Origin: the human T2T-CHM13v2.0 reference genome, Homo sapiens
Reading direction: 5' to 3' (one strand)
Length of the DNA stretch: 64,000 nucleotides
Assembly: GCF_009914755.1 (NCBI RefSeq)
Contig: NC_060927.1
Part shown: one piece after another, positions 39,200 to 52,470 of the stretch
How the letters are laid out: each line of letters begins with the position of its first letter
Position numbering within the stretch: position 1 is the stretch's first letter
Translations under genes and position numbers: made by a program
Notes under the pieces: model-generated
What the model saw: the letters and a program-made list of their open reading frames with translations, nothing else
The model's database searches: none
Told to the model about the DNA's origin: nothing

Positions 39200-40060
39200 A
39201 ATAATCCATTCATTCATTATTTCTTTTATAAATATATATGAGCATTTACTCTTTTCTAACCACTACCCTAGGGAATTCAAGAATACATAAAAAGGACATG
39301 ATCTTTGCCCTCATGGAGATTACAGTCTGGTGGAGGAGACAGACAAAAAACAACCGAACAAGAAAATGAATGAAAACAATTATACATTTTAACAATTTTC
39401 ATGCATGAAACAAACAAGGGGAGAAGAATAAGAATATACAAAATCTACTATCAGATAGGATGGTCAGGACGGACTCTGTGGAAGGAACATTTGGGCATAA
39501 ATTAAATGATAAACATAAAACAGCTTTGTGAGAGTCTTTAGAGTTAAGACCATTCTAAGTGAAGGGGATAGCATAAACTTATGCTAAGGTAGTGAGGTGG
39601 GAAAATGTTGCTGACCTTTGTGACTGGATGAAAATGAACTTGGGAGAGAGTACTGTGAGATTAGTTTGGAGAAAAACAATAGTGAGATGATGCAGGATCT
39701 TGAAGTCCTGAAAAATAATTTGGATTCCCTTCTAGATAGATTTGACAGGAAATGAATTATTCTAAGCAAAGGATTGATGCAATGTAATTCACTTGTTTAT
39801 TATTACTCTTGCTACTAAGAGGAAAGTGGAATTAGTGATCCCTTAAGAGGCTGTTGGAATTCAAATGAGGGAAGTGTAACCGAACTAGCTGATGGCAGCA
39901 GATGTGAATGGAAGCCAGTGGATTTGGTATAAATGTTTCAGTATAAGCAGTAGGACTCGATGTTGTTGGATGGTGTGTGGTAGTTGGGAAAAATGGAGGA
40001 ATCAGAAATGATTCATAAGTATCTTGCTTGAGAAAATGGGTGGGTGTTGGTGTCATTTCA
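39200..40060 (-). mobile_element. L2 LINE fragment
   Basis: ccattcattcattatt...tgccctcatggagattacagtctggtggaggagacagac...ggatggtcagg...gggaggaatcagaaatgattc. Confidence 0.7.
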
Positions 40061-40129
40061 GGGTTGGAAGGTAATCCACTTCATGAATTATTGCCACAGT
40101 TCTGTATTTTTCTGCTGGCCACCAGGCTC

Positions 40130-40610
40130 TTATCTCTCCAGTCCATCTTTTACCATGCAGAAAGAGAGATTTGGCTCACAGACATAATTTGATTCTTTCT
40201 GGCTCCTGTTCAAAAGTCTCTTTTGATTACCAAGTGCTTATAGTTTTAAATATACAAACATGTTGGATTGGGATTCAACCTATTTTCTGGCCTCACTCTG
40301 CTGCTGCCCTCCATACACTGGGTTGTTCCTTTCACAATGAGTGTCATGCCGTTCTCTTGATGCCACCATCACATTTCCCACACTTTTTTTTTTTTTGCCT
40401 GAGATCTGGAATGTTCTTCATCCTCTTCTGCATCTGGAAAACTCTGATTCACCCTCCAGGACCCTAGTCCAGTGTTTTCTTCTTAAGGGACCCTCCTTGA
40501 CTTCTTTAGATAGGGAGACTTGATGGGTATCAATTACCATCTCTTTGCCAGAACATTTACTGCATTTTGTAATTTGCCAGTTCATGCATCTGTTTATCTT
40601 GTTAGACCTG
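40130..40610 (+). mobile_element. L2 fragment
   Basis: ctctccagtccatcttt...tgcctgagatctggaatgttcttc...aagggaccctccttgac. Confidence 0.5.
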
Positions 40611-40611
40611 C

Positions 40612-40796
40612 ATTTCTCCAAGCATGATAATAAGACCACTTGCATTAGAATCTCCTGAGATATTTATTTAAAATGTAGATTCCTGGCTCATTCTCACTCT
40701 CTTTGCATCAGAATCTTTCTGGGTGGAGCCTGAGAATCTCTACTTCAGTCAACTCTTCAAGTGACTCTTACATACACTAAGCTCCAAGAATCACTG
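40612..40796. mobile_element. MER5A/B hAT-Charlie MITE
   Basis: gcattagaatctcctg...aaaatgtagattcctgg...atcagaatct...gcctgagaatct...aagaatcactg. Confidence 0.75.
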
Positions 40797-43029
40797 CAGT
40801 GGGCTTTTTCAAGGGCAGGGCCCTATCTAATGCTTCTCTCATCTCCACCACTTAACACACAGGACATGCTCAAAAGATGTTTTTGGAATGGATACTGATT
40901 TCAAACTAATATATATTATTTATCTAACATACCAATTATTCATTCAACACATAATTAACTCTGATTAGTACTATATTATTAGCAAGTTTCTAACATTCTG
41001 GTTTTTCATTCATACTGTGTGAAGGTTTTTTAAAAACCCACATGATACAGCATTGCAAGAGAAAATTAGACATTTATTCCTTCACACAATCTTAAAAACA
41101 GAAAAAAATACAAATCTCAAGTTCTCCTTAGAAATGATGTTTTCTATAATGTTAGCCAAGATATGCACAAACAAGAGAGATAGAAATAATTAGCTAAAGT
41201 GTTTGTAACAAGTACACATGTCCGGAAAATTCACTGAAAGCTAACCGTCCCATAGAAGCAGAGCACACCACAGTGAACCCTCAAGATTACAATTAAATAG
41301 TTAAGTGAAATTTAGTTTGTCTTTTCTCACTTGGTAGTGCTCATATATGTATGTTCCATAACACTTTTCTCTGGGAGCATTTTTTCGTTATTCATCATTT
41401 CTTACTAAAAAATGATGACTCTCATAAACTTTAAAGGTATGAGTACTCATCTTACTTCTCTTGGATTACCTTTTGCTTGGACCAACTCTGCACCAGGATT
41501 CCTGCCCCAGTCTTCCTGCCTAGCCCAGTCTCCCATGACTCCCCTGCCTCTCACCTCCTACCTGAGGCTATATTCAGCCACCTTCTTCCACACACATGCA
41601 GCTGAACTCCTGAACAACGCAGAGTGGCTAAGAAAGCTGAGGTTAAAGGCTTTGGAAAAATTCTGATCTACAGAGAGAAACTAGGGAATGGGAGATCCAA
41701 GTCCAAGATGGCCTAGGGGAGAGGACAGACCATAGTAAGAGTGGGAAGGATATCCTCTGCCTCAGGACATCTTGAGACAATGGTCAAATGCACAAGGAGC
41801 TAAGGTAAAGGAGAGATGGAGAGGCAGGACTTGGCCATCATGTTATTAACAGGAAAATTCATTTTCTAGTTGACTGTACTAGAATCAATCAATTCTGTAC
41901 CGGGTAAAACACACAGCAGCCACTAAAAATACATGTATGTTCAGTCCCTCAAGAGAGAAATACCCATGAGCCCAAATTCTATTTGCATAAGAAGATAAAT
42001 TGTATCAATATCTCAATGAAATCTTCAGAATGATAAAATTGTACTGAAAGACTCCAGCATCTCCTTTCTTTCTTCCCTTCCTTTACATTCTATGTGAAGC
42101 TCTATGAATCTAGGTCTTTCTGCTTTTTTTCATCTTAGGAAGGTTAAAAAGTAGGAAGACTACCGTTTATTACCTTGGACAAATAAAGTAGTACCCAGGC
42201 CTCTTCTAGGCCACTAACGTCAGTCTCCAAGTCTAATATCAGCATCGAGGCAAGAAGTAGATTCCCACTGAAAACAACACCAACCAAAAGCCTCTCTCCC
42301 CTGACTGATACTGGCTGAAATTCTGACAGAAAACACAGAACTACTTTGCTCCACAAGAAGTATTAAAATCATTGCAAACAATGAAAATAGAAAGGAGGAA
42401 AGATAACCTAAATTCCTGACAGTGCATTAGGTATGCTTATAAATTATTCATGCATTTTCAGTCAAAATACAATGTAAATATTTTCTACATAAATATCTAC
42501 ATAAATATTCCCAAATTTACATAGAAGAAAGAGAGATTCAAATAGAAATTGAGCACATAGGCATTTCTAGTGTTGAGGGACTGAACTTATTTGTGTTTTT
42601 AGTGACTACTATATATATTACCTGATATAGAATTGATTGATTTCAATTGAGTACTGTTTACTCAATTGATTACAATTTACTGAAAGTGAATTTTAATCTT
42701 GGATCCCATTTTCTACTGGTTTCTACATTTAAACGAAATCTTTTGTCTCATGGTTTTTCAGCCTGTGCAGTGAAATTGTGACCTAGGCTTAGTTACCAGG
42801 AATCCAGTGATCCTAAAACCATTCTAGTAACTAAAGGGAGAGATTGGAAACAGTGGGTTACTGTGAGCCGTGAAAACAGCTGGATAACCAGCTGGATAGT
42901 TCTCATTTAATTAGGATGGTTTAGTGCTGTGTTAAATTAATAACCTTAGAATCTTCTTGCAAAAGTACCTCGAGTTAAGATTTTCCTTATACTGTATGCT
43001 ACTCACAAGGAAAGAACACCAGAATTGTA

Positions 43030-44800
43030 CTTTACTTGTTCATTTGATAAATACTCATTAGGGACCTAGAAGTGTATTCCTGGGCATACAATAGTTCACA
43101 AATAGAAAATACTCATGTTCTAGAGGAGGGATAATAAACAAAGCAAATAATAACAAATAGTATCAGATGCTGATAAATACCATGAAGGAAAATAAAAGCA
43201 GGAGATGGAAATGGAGAGGTCAGGGGTTTCAATTTGAGATTGGTCAGAGAAGTCATAAGAAGGTGGCTTGGGAAATAAGACGAAAAAGAGGTGAAAAGTA
43301 AGTCATGTGGCTATCTAGAAGGAGGTCTATTCCATGCAGAAGAAACAAACCGTATAAATGTCCCAAGGTGAGATAAGCCTGGAATATTCAAGGAATAATA
43401 GAGCAAAGCAATGCAGAAAATAGTAAGAAAGAAAGTCAAAGAAGTACCAAGGGGCCTTGTAAACATTATAGACTTTTTCTTTTATTTGGAATGAGGTTAG
43501 AAGCAATCAGAAGGTTATGAACAGGGTAATATCACCTGATTTATATTTTTAAATAATAGCTTCGCTGTTGAGGATCAAACATAGTGGGAAAATGAATGAA
43601 ACAGGGAGGTCGGAGTTAAGAGACTGTCTTGGCCTTTCAGGCTGTTGTAACAAAATACCATAAACTGGGTGGCTTAAAAATAACAGAAATTTATTTCTCA
43701 CAGTTCTGGAGGCTGGGAAGTCCAAGATCTAGGCACTGGCAGATTTCGTGTCTGATGAGGGCCCTTTTCTGGTTCAGAGTCAGCTGCTTTCCCTCTGTGA
43801 CCTCACATAGTGGAAGGAGCAAGGGAGCTCTCTGGGGTCTCTTTTATAAGAAAACTAATTTTACTTGGAATGAATTTAAGAGAGGAAGGTAGCTAGAGAG
43901 GGAAGCAAGGCCAAAAAAAATTTTTTGTTTTTAATTGAAGGAATAACATCATTTTTGTAAGCTGGTAGGAATAATTTAATAGCAAGGAAAAATGAGATCT
44001 TCCAATAGAGAAGAAAATGCTGTATCTAAAGTACAAGTGGAAGGTTAATCTTAGGAATATGGACCACAGTGACAAAAAGAAAGGCAGAGTTTATGGGCAC
44101 AGGCTTTAGTAGGTTAGTTAAACACAGTGATGCAAGCTTATGGAAGTTCTCTTCTGATTATTTCTATTTTCTCAGTGAATAGGGAAGCAAAGTCATGAGA
44201 TGAGATGAGATAGAAGATTGGATAGGAGGTGGCAGAAGTTTTAGACAGAGAAGAAGTTATGAAATAACCATCTTGGAGAGTGAGAGTGTGAACAGATCAG
44301 GGAAATAGGAGCTGTTTGAGAATAATAGTGAAGCATTTTGTGTATTTTTCTCTAGTCATATTCACCTCAGGAGTGCAGATAAAGAGTAAGTGCAGAGTTA
44401 GAATTAACCAGAGATGAAGTTTTGTTAAATTACTAGTATTACAAAGAAAGAGAAGGAAAAGGGAATGAAGAATGTTTGCTAGTGTATGAATGTATTCTAA
44501 CAATAGACAATGGAATTAAGCTGAATAAGGAGGGAACTATTGACTTGAGAGAAGTGAAAGACAGTGAGAAAGTCACATGATCTTGTGATATCCAAGGAAC
44601 CTTGCAGGCATGGTTCTAGAAGTATGAGCTGGAGAGATGATGATAGCAGTCTGAGAGGAAGGGGCTTAAGATTGAAAAAGGGTCAAGGCATGGGGGTGAA
44701 GAACTTGGAAGGATTGTCTACATAGTTATTGAAATTGTCAAGAATTATAATACGAGTAGTGTCTAGGATAATGACTAATCCAATAACCGAAATCTCCAAG
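43030..44800 (-). mobile_element. L2 LINE fragment interrupted by an MLT1A-like LTR piece
   Basis: ttgttcatttgataaatactcatta...tcagatgctgataaataccatgaaggaaaataaaagcagg...ttctcttctgattatttctattttctcagtgaatagggaagcaaagtca. Confidence 0.7.
43625..43860 (-). mobile_element. MLT1A-like MaLR LTR fragment
   Basis: ggctgttgtaacaaaataccataaactgggtggctta...cagttctggaggctgggaagtccaagatc...ctctctggggtctcttttataag. Confidence 0.85.
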
Positions 44801-46419
44801 GAACTTGTTTTTGAGGTTAAAGTGGGTGGAAGAGAATAAAAGCTGCTATTGTGGTTTATTTTAATAAGTCTTAATCTGTCTTGAGACTTTTGGGATACAT
44901 TAAAACTGGCTTTATTTCTTTCCTTATCCAGATTACTTTCTTTCCCCTACCCTGACTCTTCAAGGTCGAGATATCCTTCTCTCTAATCCTTAAATTTCCC
45001 TACCTTTTGCTTTCCCCCTCACCTGCACTTTTCCTTTTGCCACCAGCTCTTCTAATACACTAATGCTGTCTTTGCTTCTTTTTATCCATAATCTCTCTCT
45101 CATAGCTCAAGTTTCATTAATGGGAGAATGAAGTTTGCGATGATCAAGACCAGAAAGAGATTTAGGGCCAGAGACAAAAAATATGAGAGGAAAATGGGGC
45201 AGACATATCTAATTTTTATCACCTCCTAAGATCTATTCTACTCAACTATCTGTTAAACTCTGTTCAGACATGGTCTTGGTATATTTACATCTTGGGTATG
45301 GTGTAAAGTTGCATGCATGAGAGTCAATATCAAGGCATTACTGAATATATTCAAAATATTCTATGATATGTACAAATGAGTGAAGTAAATTTGATTACAC
45401 ATTCTGAAAATGTACTCAGAGCTTCTAAAATGAATGTCTTTCTACAGAATAGTAGCAATAATGATGACTACTACAGTTTCTATTGCAATAACAACAAATA
45501 AAAAATCAGCTCCTTTTATGACCGAATTGAGCCCTTTGACTTTTGACTACAACATAGCACTGCTTAATAACCAGTAGAACCTATTATTTTCTACCTTACC
45601 TTGCATACCATGGAGCTTGCCAACTAGCATTTAAAAATATTTAGAGGACAGACAGCAGCCCTAATTGCAAAAGATTATTTTATGAGAGGAGCTAAGAGGT
45701 CATCAAATGACAGCTAATAAATACACTTCTTTAAGTGCTGGGTATGGTGAGTTATAGATATTTGCACCTGAAATAAAGTATCTAAAACACAAGATATCGT
45801 TTTAAATTGTTATCTACTCTATAGCACAATTATGGCTAAACATTTACATTCAAATTCTTCTTGGTCCCAAGACTTTAACTCACTTCAATTAGTTTGACAT
45901 TCTTTGGTTATCAGGAGTAAGACAAATTCAAAAATGAATAATGAGCTGAGCTGATCTCTCACACAGCACCGGAAGATTTTTTTTCTTTCCTTTTTCAATA
46001 GCTAGGGATCTTAATTCTTGTTGATAATCTTCCTGTATAATTTCTCCCAGCATTGTTACTGCTTCTTTGTCATACACATAAAATTTGTGGCAACATCATT
46101 AGTTGGTCTTCAAATGTCAGCCTTTCTGGGATTCCCCCTTACATTTATGGCTGTATTTTCATCAGACCTAACACTGAGGAGAATTAAATTTGATCGATAC
46201 TTATGTAGCAGATCTGGATGACTGGTTGTTGGTGGTGATATTTCAATAACTATATAATTCTCATCTTGGTGCCTACAAATTTTGTGCCCCAGATTCTCTT
46301 TCCCAAGAGGCTAAAAAATAAGGATCTTTAAACGCATTTTATGAAATACATCTGCTAAATTTCAGTAACAGGGTTCAACTTAAATGTGGAAGCCTGCATC
46401 TTTTGGGGGCTTGTTGATA

Positions 46420-46592
46420 TCCTTGCTACTGAAAATGTGATCTATAGACTCCTGGGGCATCACCTGGGATGTAGTTAGAGATGCCTTGCCCACTCTTATG
46501 AAATCCAGACTCATTCTACATCTACTAAGACAGAATCTGTATTTTATCAAGCTCCCTAGGCAATTTATATGCACATTAGAAATGGAGAAGCT
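46420..46592. mobile_element. MER5-like MITE
   Basis: gcatcacctggga...cagaatctgtattttatcaagctccctaggcaatttatatgcacatta. Confidence 0.65.
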
Positions 46593-47869
46593 TTCATCTA
46601 TGAGGTTTCCTTTGTAGATGTAGAGGAATGGAAGGGGAATTCAGGGAAACCATGCAATAAATATTCATAACATCTATTCATTTACTCAACGTGTATTTAC
46701 TGAGTGCCATCGATGGGCCAGTCACTGTGCGAAGAGCTAGGGCACAGCAAAGAAAAATTAAGACTGCTTATATGGGGATTACAGTTGTGTAGATACTTTG
46801 CTATGGACCTAGCATTGTACCAAGCAATATGAGACTTCAAAAGAAGTAAAATTCATTTGGCCAAATATTTTTATGTAATTAGTACATGTGCAAGTACTCT
46901 AGAGCTACAGGAATTTATAGAGGTAAAAGCTCTGCCTTCAAGAAGTTTACATGTAGTAGCAAGATATGTTCCCAGCTCCTACAATTCAATGAGGACAACA
47001 AGATTTACGTACACAAAGCAGTTTGGGAATAATACAAACATAATAGTGTTATGTGAAGTAGGAATAATGTTGCAATTAGAAAGGGGGAAAGAATATTACT
47101 TTAAGAACTCATTAGATTACATTTCAGAATGAGACCTGCAATGGCTATTGAAAAATGCAAGGGAAATTCATGGTGGACTCAGTAAGGAATTATTTCCCAA
47201 TGGATTATTTAGAAAACAAAATTGTAAGATAACATAATGAAGCTAGATTCAGAATTTGGGATCCATTGACTTTCCTTATAAAAAATATATACAGTTAGAT
47301 CTATTAGAAAATACACTGAGGTACCTGTACCCAGATTGTAGTTTCAAAGATCAACCCAAAAGAATATACTGTAAAAGGGTTTAACATTTAAAGGAATATA
47401 AAATGGCCATTAAGCCACATCTTCACACAGGCCATGCAAATGTCTGACCCACATCTCCAAGTGTAGGGAGGCCTAGTCCGTCGGAAAGGCAGAGGTTTAG
47501 AAGTCAAGAAACCTAAGGTTTTGCTTCCTAATACCCTGTCTAAGTTTTGATGTAGTAATGCCCATCACAGCCCTCTCCTGCCTTACTGGTGAAAAAACAA
47601 ATAATGTCATTTCTGCCTCTGTTTCAGCAAGCATGTGATGATTCCCAAACAGTGCCCCTTACTCCGTCATCCATTCCCAAAGAATTTCACACATCCAGTG
47701 TGACTGCCTCTCATAGAGGCAGGTAATCCAAGCAATGTAGTTCTCTAGTTTGGTTGCTTGTAAAGTTCCACAGAGTACCTACAAAAACCACAAGGCCTGG
47801 ATTTTTCAGGATAATTTTGTTGTAAATATTTCATCACAAAGTCTCCCTAAACATATTTTTTGCACTATG

Positions 47870-48070
47870 TAATGAAACAGGAAAAAACTGAGCTTCAAAA
47901 CCAGATGAATGTGAGTTCAAATCATCAGATAATTCATCTATCCTCTCTGAAATTTAATTTCTGGACTGTAAAATGAAGATAATACTTTATGAAAATTGTT
48001 ATGAAGATTATGAATAATGTATGGAAAGTCTAACACAGTGCCACACAAGAGTAAGCCTATGTAAAAGGTA
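47870..48070 (+). mobile_element. MIR SINE
   Basis: gagttcaaatc...ctgtaaaatgaagataatact...ttgttatgaagatta...acacagtgcc. Confidence 0.7.
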
Positions 48071-48679
48071 GATTGTATAGCCAGCTATAGCAACATATAA
48101 TATATGCTTCCTATATATGTATGCACATGTTTTTACCTTTAATGCCTTAATCTATCTTATAATTTTCCATTTCATTGTGCTCAGTGCCCATTCACCTTCA
48201 CTGAAGCTTCTCCTCCCTTCTCTACACCCTTTTTCTCACCCCTATTTCATTCAGTACAATCGTATTTCTCATGGACATCAAATCTGTCATGGAAAGGTCA
48301 CACATACCATGGGATAAAGCTAAAGACACCCTTGCAGCATATCTTTCCCTTTCCCCTACTCATTACCATATATGCCCCAAAGAAAGAAACTAAAGTCTAA
48401 GCATAATTAAATTAGCTTTATTCTTTCTCCAGTTCTCTTTTTTATGGAACAAGAAAGTAAAATGATATTTACAGCAGGTGCTCTATAAATTGAAAGGTGA
48501 ATGATGAAATAAAAACATCATCTTTACTAATTAATAAAGGAAATCTGATATCCTACTGTAAGTCAGTCACTGTAATATGCATAGGATGATAAAAAAATTT
48601 AAATCCCTTTGAAAGCTCACATTTCAATATAAGAAACAATTACAGTAAAATGTAAAATCTATAAGAAAGATACACAATT

Positions 48680-49040
48680 TAAGCTAATTTTAGCTACTGT
48701 AACAAAAAAGCACATATTGGTTCAAATATGAAGTAAATATTTCTCATTCATAATATTTCATATTTTAAAATGGATGATTGATCAGTGTGTAAATCATCTC
48801 CAAGACAGAGTTCAGGGATCCAGGATCCTTCCCTCTTTTAGTCTATTCTGCTCCTGGGTGTAGTGGTTAGCAGCAGAAGAGGAAATAGATGCACACACAT
48901 CACCTCTACTCACATCCCATTGGCTGTAACTCCATCATATGGCCACATCGAACTGCAAGAGAAGCCAGGAAGTGTAGTTATTCTCTCTACTCAGAAAGAG
49001 GATGGATGTGGTAATCAGTTAGCCAGATTCTACCACAAGA
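48680..49040 (-). mobile_element. Old MaLR LTR fragment (MLT1K/L-like)
   Basis: ttcagggatccagg...cacatcacctctactcacatcccattggct...tcatatggccaca...ctgcaagagaagccaggaagtgtagt. Confidence 0.55.
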
Positions 49041-49249
49041 GGTACATCCAGAGTGCTATTGGACCATGAATTTCTCAAAGTGTGAAAGTTTTTCACCACT
49101 TTCCAGGGGTGGCAATGAGGGTGAGGTGGGGTGGGGAGGTATCATAAAGTTAACTTCATTCAGAAGAGATGTATTAAGTACATTCATCTTGGCAGTCACT
49201 GTATTAGACATCAACAAGAATCAGCTGCTATCTTCAGAAAATTTATAGT

Positions 49250-49361
49250 TTACTTTCTTGGAGCATCATCTTCAGCATCACCTGGGAGATTATGGGCAAC
49301 TCGAAACTACTGAATCAGAATCTAAATGATTCATATGTAAGTGAAAGCTTAAGAAGCACTG
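49250..49361. mobile_element. MER5-like fragment
   Basis: cagcatcacctgggag...ctactgaatcagaatct...tgattcatatg...aagcttaagaagcactg. Confidence 0.55.
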
Positions 49362-50306
49362 GTGTAGGGCGTTTCATAGCTACTACCTTCAGAGAACGTT
49401 ATTCTGAGCCCCACGAATTCGAGAGTCAAATTCTACAAGGACAAGAGCCTGAGGTCAGGAAGTTGGTAGGCATGGGTAAGTGCTGCTGGAGAGAATGAAG
49501 CTGTCCAGAAGCCCAGGAGAGATCACTAAGGAGGGGCCAGTGTGGGTATCTGGGCAGGGCATCAATATCCACTGGCTTACACAGTGATGAATTCATCAAT
49601 GTCTTTACAAAGATGTATGTCACATGTCTATACACCCTTCTACACAATTACATATATGTCCCCAGACATTGAAAGTTACAAGCATTAATGAAACTAATGA
49701 GTTAAATATACTGTTTTCTGTATGTTGGGAAGAGAAGGGGATGACTCTCATACAAAGCAGTTACGTAAAAGTTCTGCCCTGTGTATTTTGTACCTGAATG
49801 AACATCGAAAACTCAAAATACTGGACCAAGTTTATACTTTCTAATACAGACATAAATGTGTATAGAATTTCTCAACTGCTTTTGCACAAATATACTTATG
49901 AATGCATTTTAAATCCTAAAAATATAGAGAAATTTATGCCAGCCCTACTTTGGTGAGGACTTATGACTTCACTTGCCTTATAAGTGTGTCTTATACCATT
50001 TAACAGCTTTACTATTATGTGCTTCCCCCCCACCCCCAGCTTTTCTCTCTTTTCTCCCTTTTCTTCTTCCTTTCTTTAGGAAATATTGCTTGCTATTCTG
50101 ATGTCTGGAGTATATGACTTGGTAATAGAGAATGACTGAAAGATTGAGATCTAAGCAAACAGCATACTTGATACAAGAGGAGACAGCTTAGAATTTATAA
50201 TTAGGAGCCTGTTTCAACTTCCTTCATAGCAGTACTGAAATCCTTTTCAGGGGTATCTTGACTGCCTTGAAAGTGAATGTCATTGAGGATTTTTTTGCCC
50301 TCTCTT

Positions 50307-50320
50307 GTTTCCTTGGCAAC
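50307..50320. promoter_or_regulatory. Candidate RFX X-box
   Basis: GTTTCCTTGGCAAC (reverse complement GTTGCCAAGGAAAC), with CAGCTG ~15 nt downstream; motif match only. Confidence 0.35.
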
Positions 50321-51902
50321 AGGTTGGTGATGCAGCAGCTGAAATCCACCATGTCCCTGGAGATGCTGGTGTGGGCAGGTCGCAAGCCACTGGTATTGGC
50401 TGCAATGGATACTGAACTTGACCAAATCTTTTCATTCTAATCCTTCTAAATGCATTATACAAAGAAATCAACCTAATAGAAGAATGCTTTACAATATAAT
50501 TATTGGCATGACTATCAGCAAGGAAAGTATTCATCCTTCTTTTAAAAATAGCTAACCTTTGCACGCATAACTTAATCGTGAGTTTTAATATGTAGAAGTT
50601 TCAGGTAACTGTATACATCGATTCATGTCAGAGCAATACTTTGAAAAAAAGAGTTCAATGTTAATATAAAGTCTGAAAGAAAGGGCCAAAAGATCAAGAA
50701 TTGGCACCCTTTCCTTTAGATTTATGTCAGGCATATTGTCCTCTTCAGGCAGCCACGTCCAACAGCTACTCTGTATCCCTTGAATGTTCTGAAACAAATC
50801 ATGCCTGTGATCTGCAGAGAAAACGTGGAGGGACTGGAAATGGATCTCGTCTGTCTTCTTTTCTAGAAGACAAGGGAAAGGGGGCAACTAGCGAAGAAAG
50901 GTCAGCTGGGGTGGGGGTACCCTTTAGGGAAAACATACAAGATGGCTTCAGGGACAGACATAAATGGAAATGGCTATAACAGTCTTAGATGGACAAGGCA
51001 GCTGGAATACAGATGGGCCTACTGCCAGAGATGGGATGGCTTAGACACTCAGGAATGGGTGAAAGGGGCTTTATGTGAACATGATAAACAGAGGGAGATT
51101 CAGGTATCAAAACCATGAGGACCTATTTGTGGAACACATGAGCAGGGATGTCAGAATTTGGCAAGGAAAAAAATTAGTTTAATTCACTTAAAAAGTAGAT
51201 TTTAGAACAAAATGGATTTCTTTTTAAAATACTTGAATCCAATCATTTGCTGAATTTATGCTGAGAATAGATTCAGAAGAAAAGAAGACGTGAAAGAGAA
51301 TGTGTTTAGCCTAAAAAGTATGCAGGGGAAACAAATGCTGAGAAAACATAGTAAGGGTGAGGGCTGGGTGGAGTCTGAGAGACAGATGAGCAAGATTATG
51401 TAAAGGGAAAGCAGGAAAAGGAAAGATGAAGAAGTCAGACTAGACAAAGATGCTATTCCAAAACTATCAAAGGAAAGAGAGTGCCTAATATGGGCAACTC
51501 AACTGAAGAAAAATACACTAAACATGTATACTAAACATGTGATAGTTATCATGAAGCATGCTGATAAGTGTTATTTTAAAATGATACATTTTGCAGTGGC
51601 CACATTGTAGCTTGTGAACATCCTGAGTGATGAGTTCCTTCTGAAGACTAGAAAAATGTACATGTAACTTGCTTTTTGTCATTCAGTACTAATAGCCAGT
51701 TCAGGTACTGAGGAATAAATATCTTGGGAAAAGACATTTTATTTATTTTAAGAACATGCTCACTGACCTAACCTTTTGCTCCCTCCATTGACATAAGCAG
51801 CATAGCCCAAATAAATCAAAAAGGTAGTTTTCCTTCATGTTAAGGTCAGAACACATAGCATAGGAACATAAAGAATAAAAAGGAGCAATCAAAGAATTCT
51901 CA

Positions 51903-52202
51903 GGCCAGGCGCGGTGACTCATGTCTGTAATCCCAACACTTTGGGAGGCTGAGGTGGGCAGATCATCTAAGGTCGGGAGTTTGAGACCAGCCTGACCAAC
52001 ATGGAGAAACCCCGTCTCTACCAAAAATATAAAATTAGCCAGGTGTGGTGGTGCATGCCTGTAATTCCACCTACTCGGGAGGCTGAGGCGGGAGAATCGG
52101 TTGAACACCGGAGGCGGACGTTGCGGTGAGCCAAGATTGCGCCATTGCACTCCAGCTTGGGCAACAAGAGCGAAAGTCTGTCCCAAAAACAAACAAACAA
52201 CA
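51903..52202 (+). mobile_element. AluSp
   Basis: Diagnostics ggtcgggag, ctgaccaacatggagaaa, gttgcggtgag, gcaacaagagcgaaa; TSD aaagaattctc. Confidence 0.93.
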
Positions 52203-52224
52203 AAAGAATTCTCTCTCTGTTGCA

Positions 52225-52470
52225 CTTAGTGCTTAATTGCACTGGTTCTGGAGTCAGGTAGCCTGTGCGGGAATCACAAATCTAGTTTTTAATAGATGAG
52301 TGGTCTTGAAAGAGGAAATTCACTTGTCCAGGAAACAGCATTTCTATCTTTAAAATGGTGATAATAACAATACCCACCTCATATGGTTATTGTTAGAATT
52401 AAATCAGGAAATCCATGTGAAACTTTCAACACAGTTCTTGGCACATAAAGGAATCTTAGCTACTATATTT
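52225..52470 (+). mobile_element. MIR SINE
   Basis: ggttctggagtcagg...taaaatggtgataataacaatacccacctcatatggttattgttagaattaaat...cttggcacata. Confidence 0.75.

Noticed and set aside
50201-50979. Cluster of short ORFs on both strands in unique DNA (possible processed pseudogene)
   Set aside because: No translation resembles a protein I recognise; no poly(A) tail or TSD found.
51743-52242. 160-aa and 74-aa ORFs
   Set aside because: Antisense Alu translations (AQAGVQW, LECNGAI); the same applies to the other Alu-overlapping ORFs such as 63353..63790.
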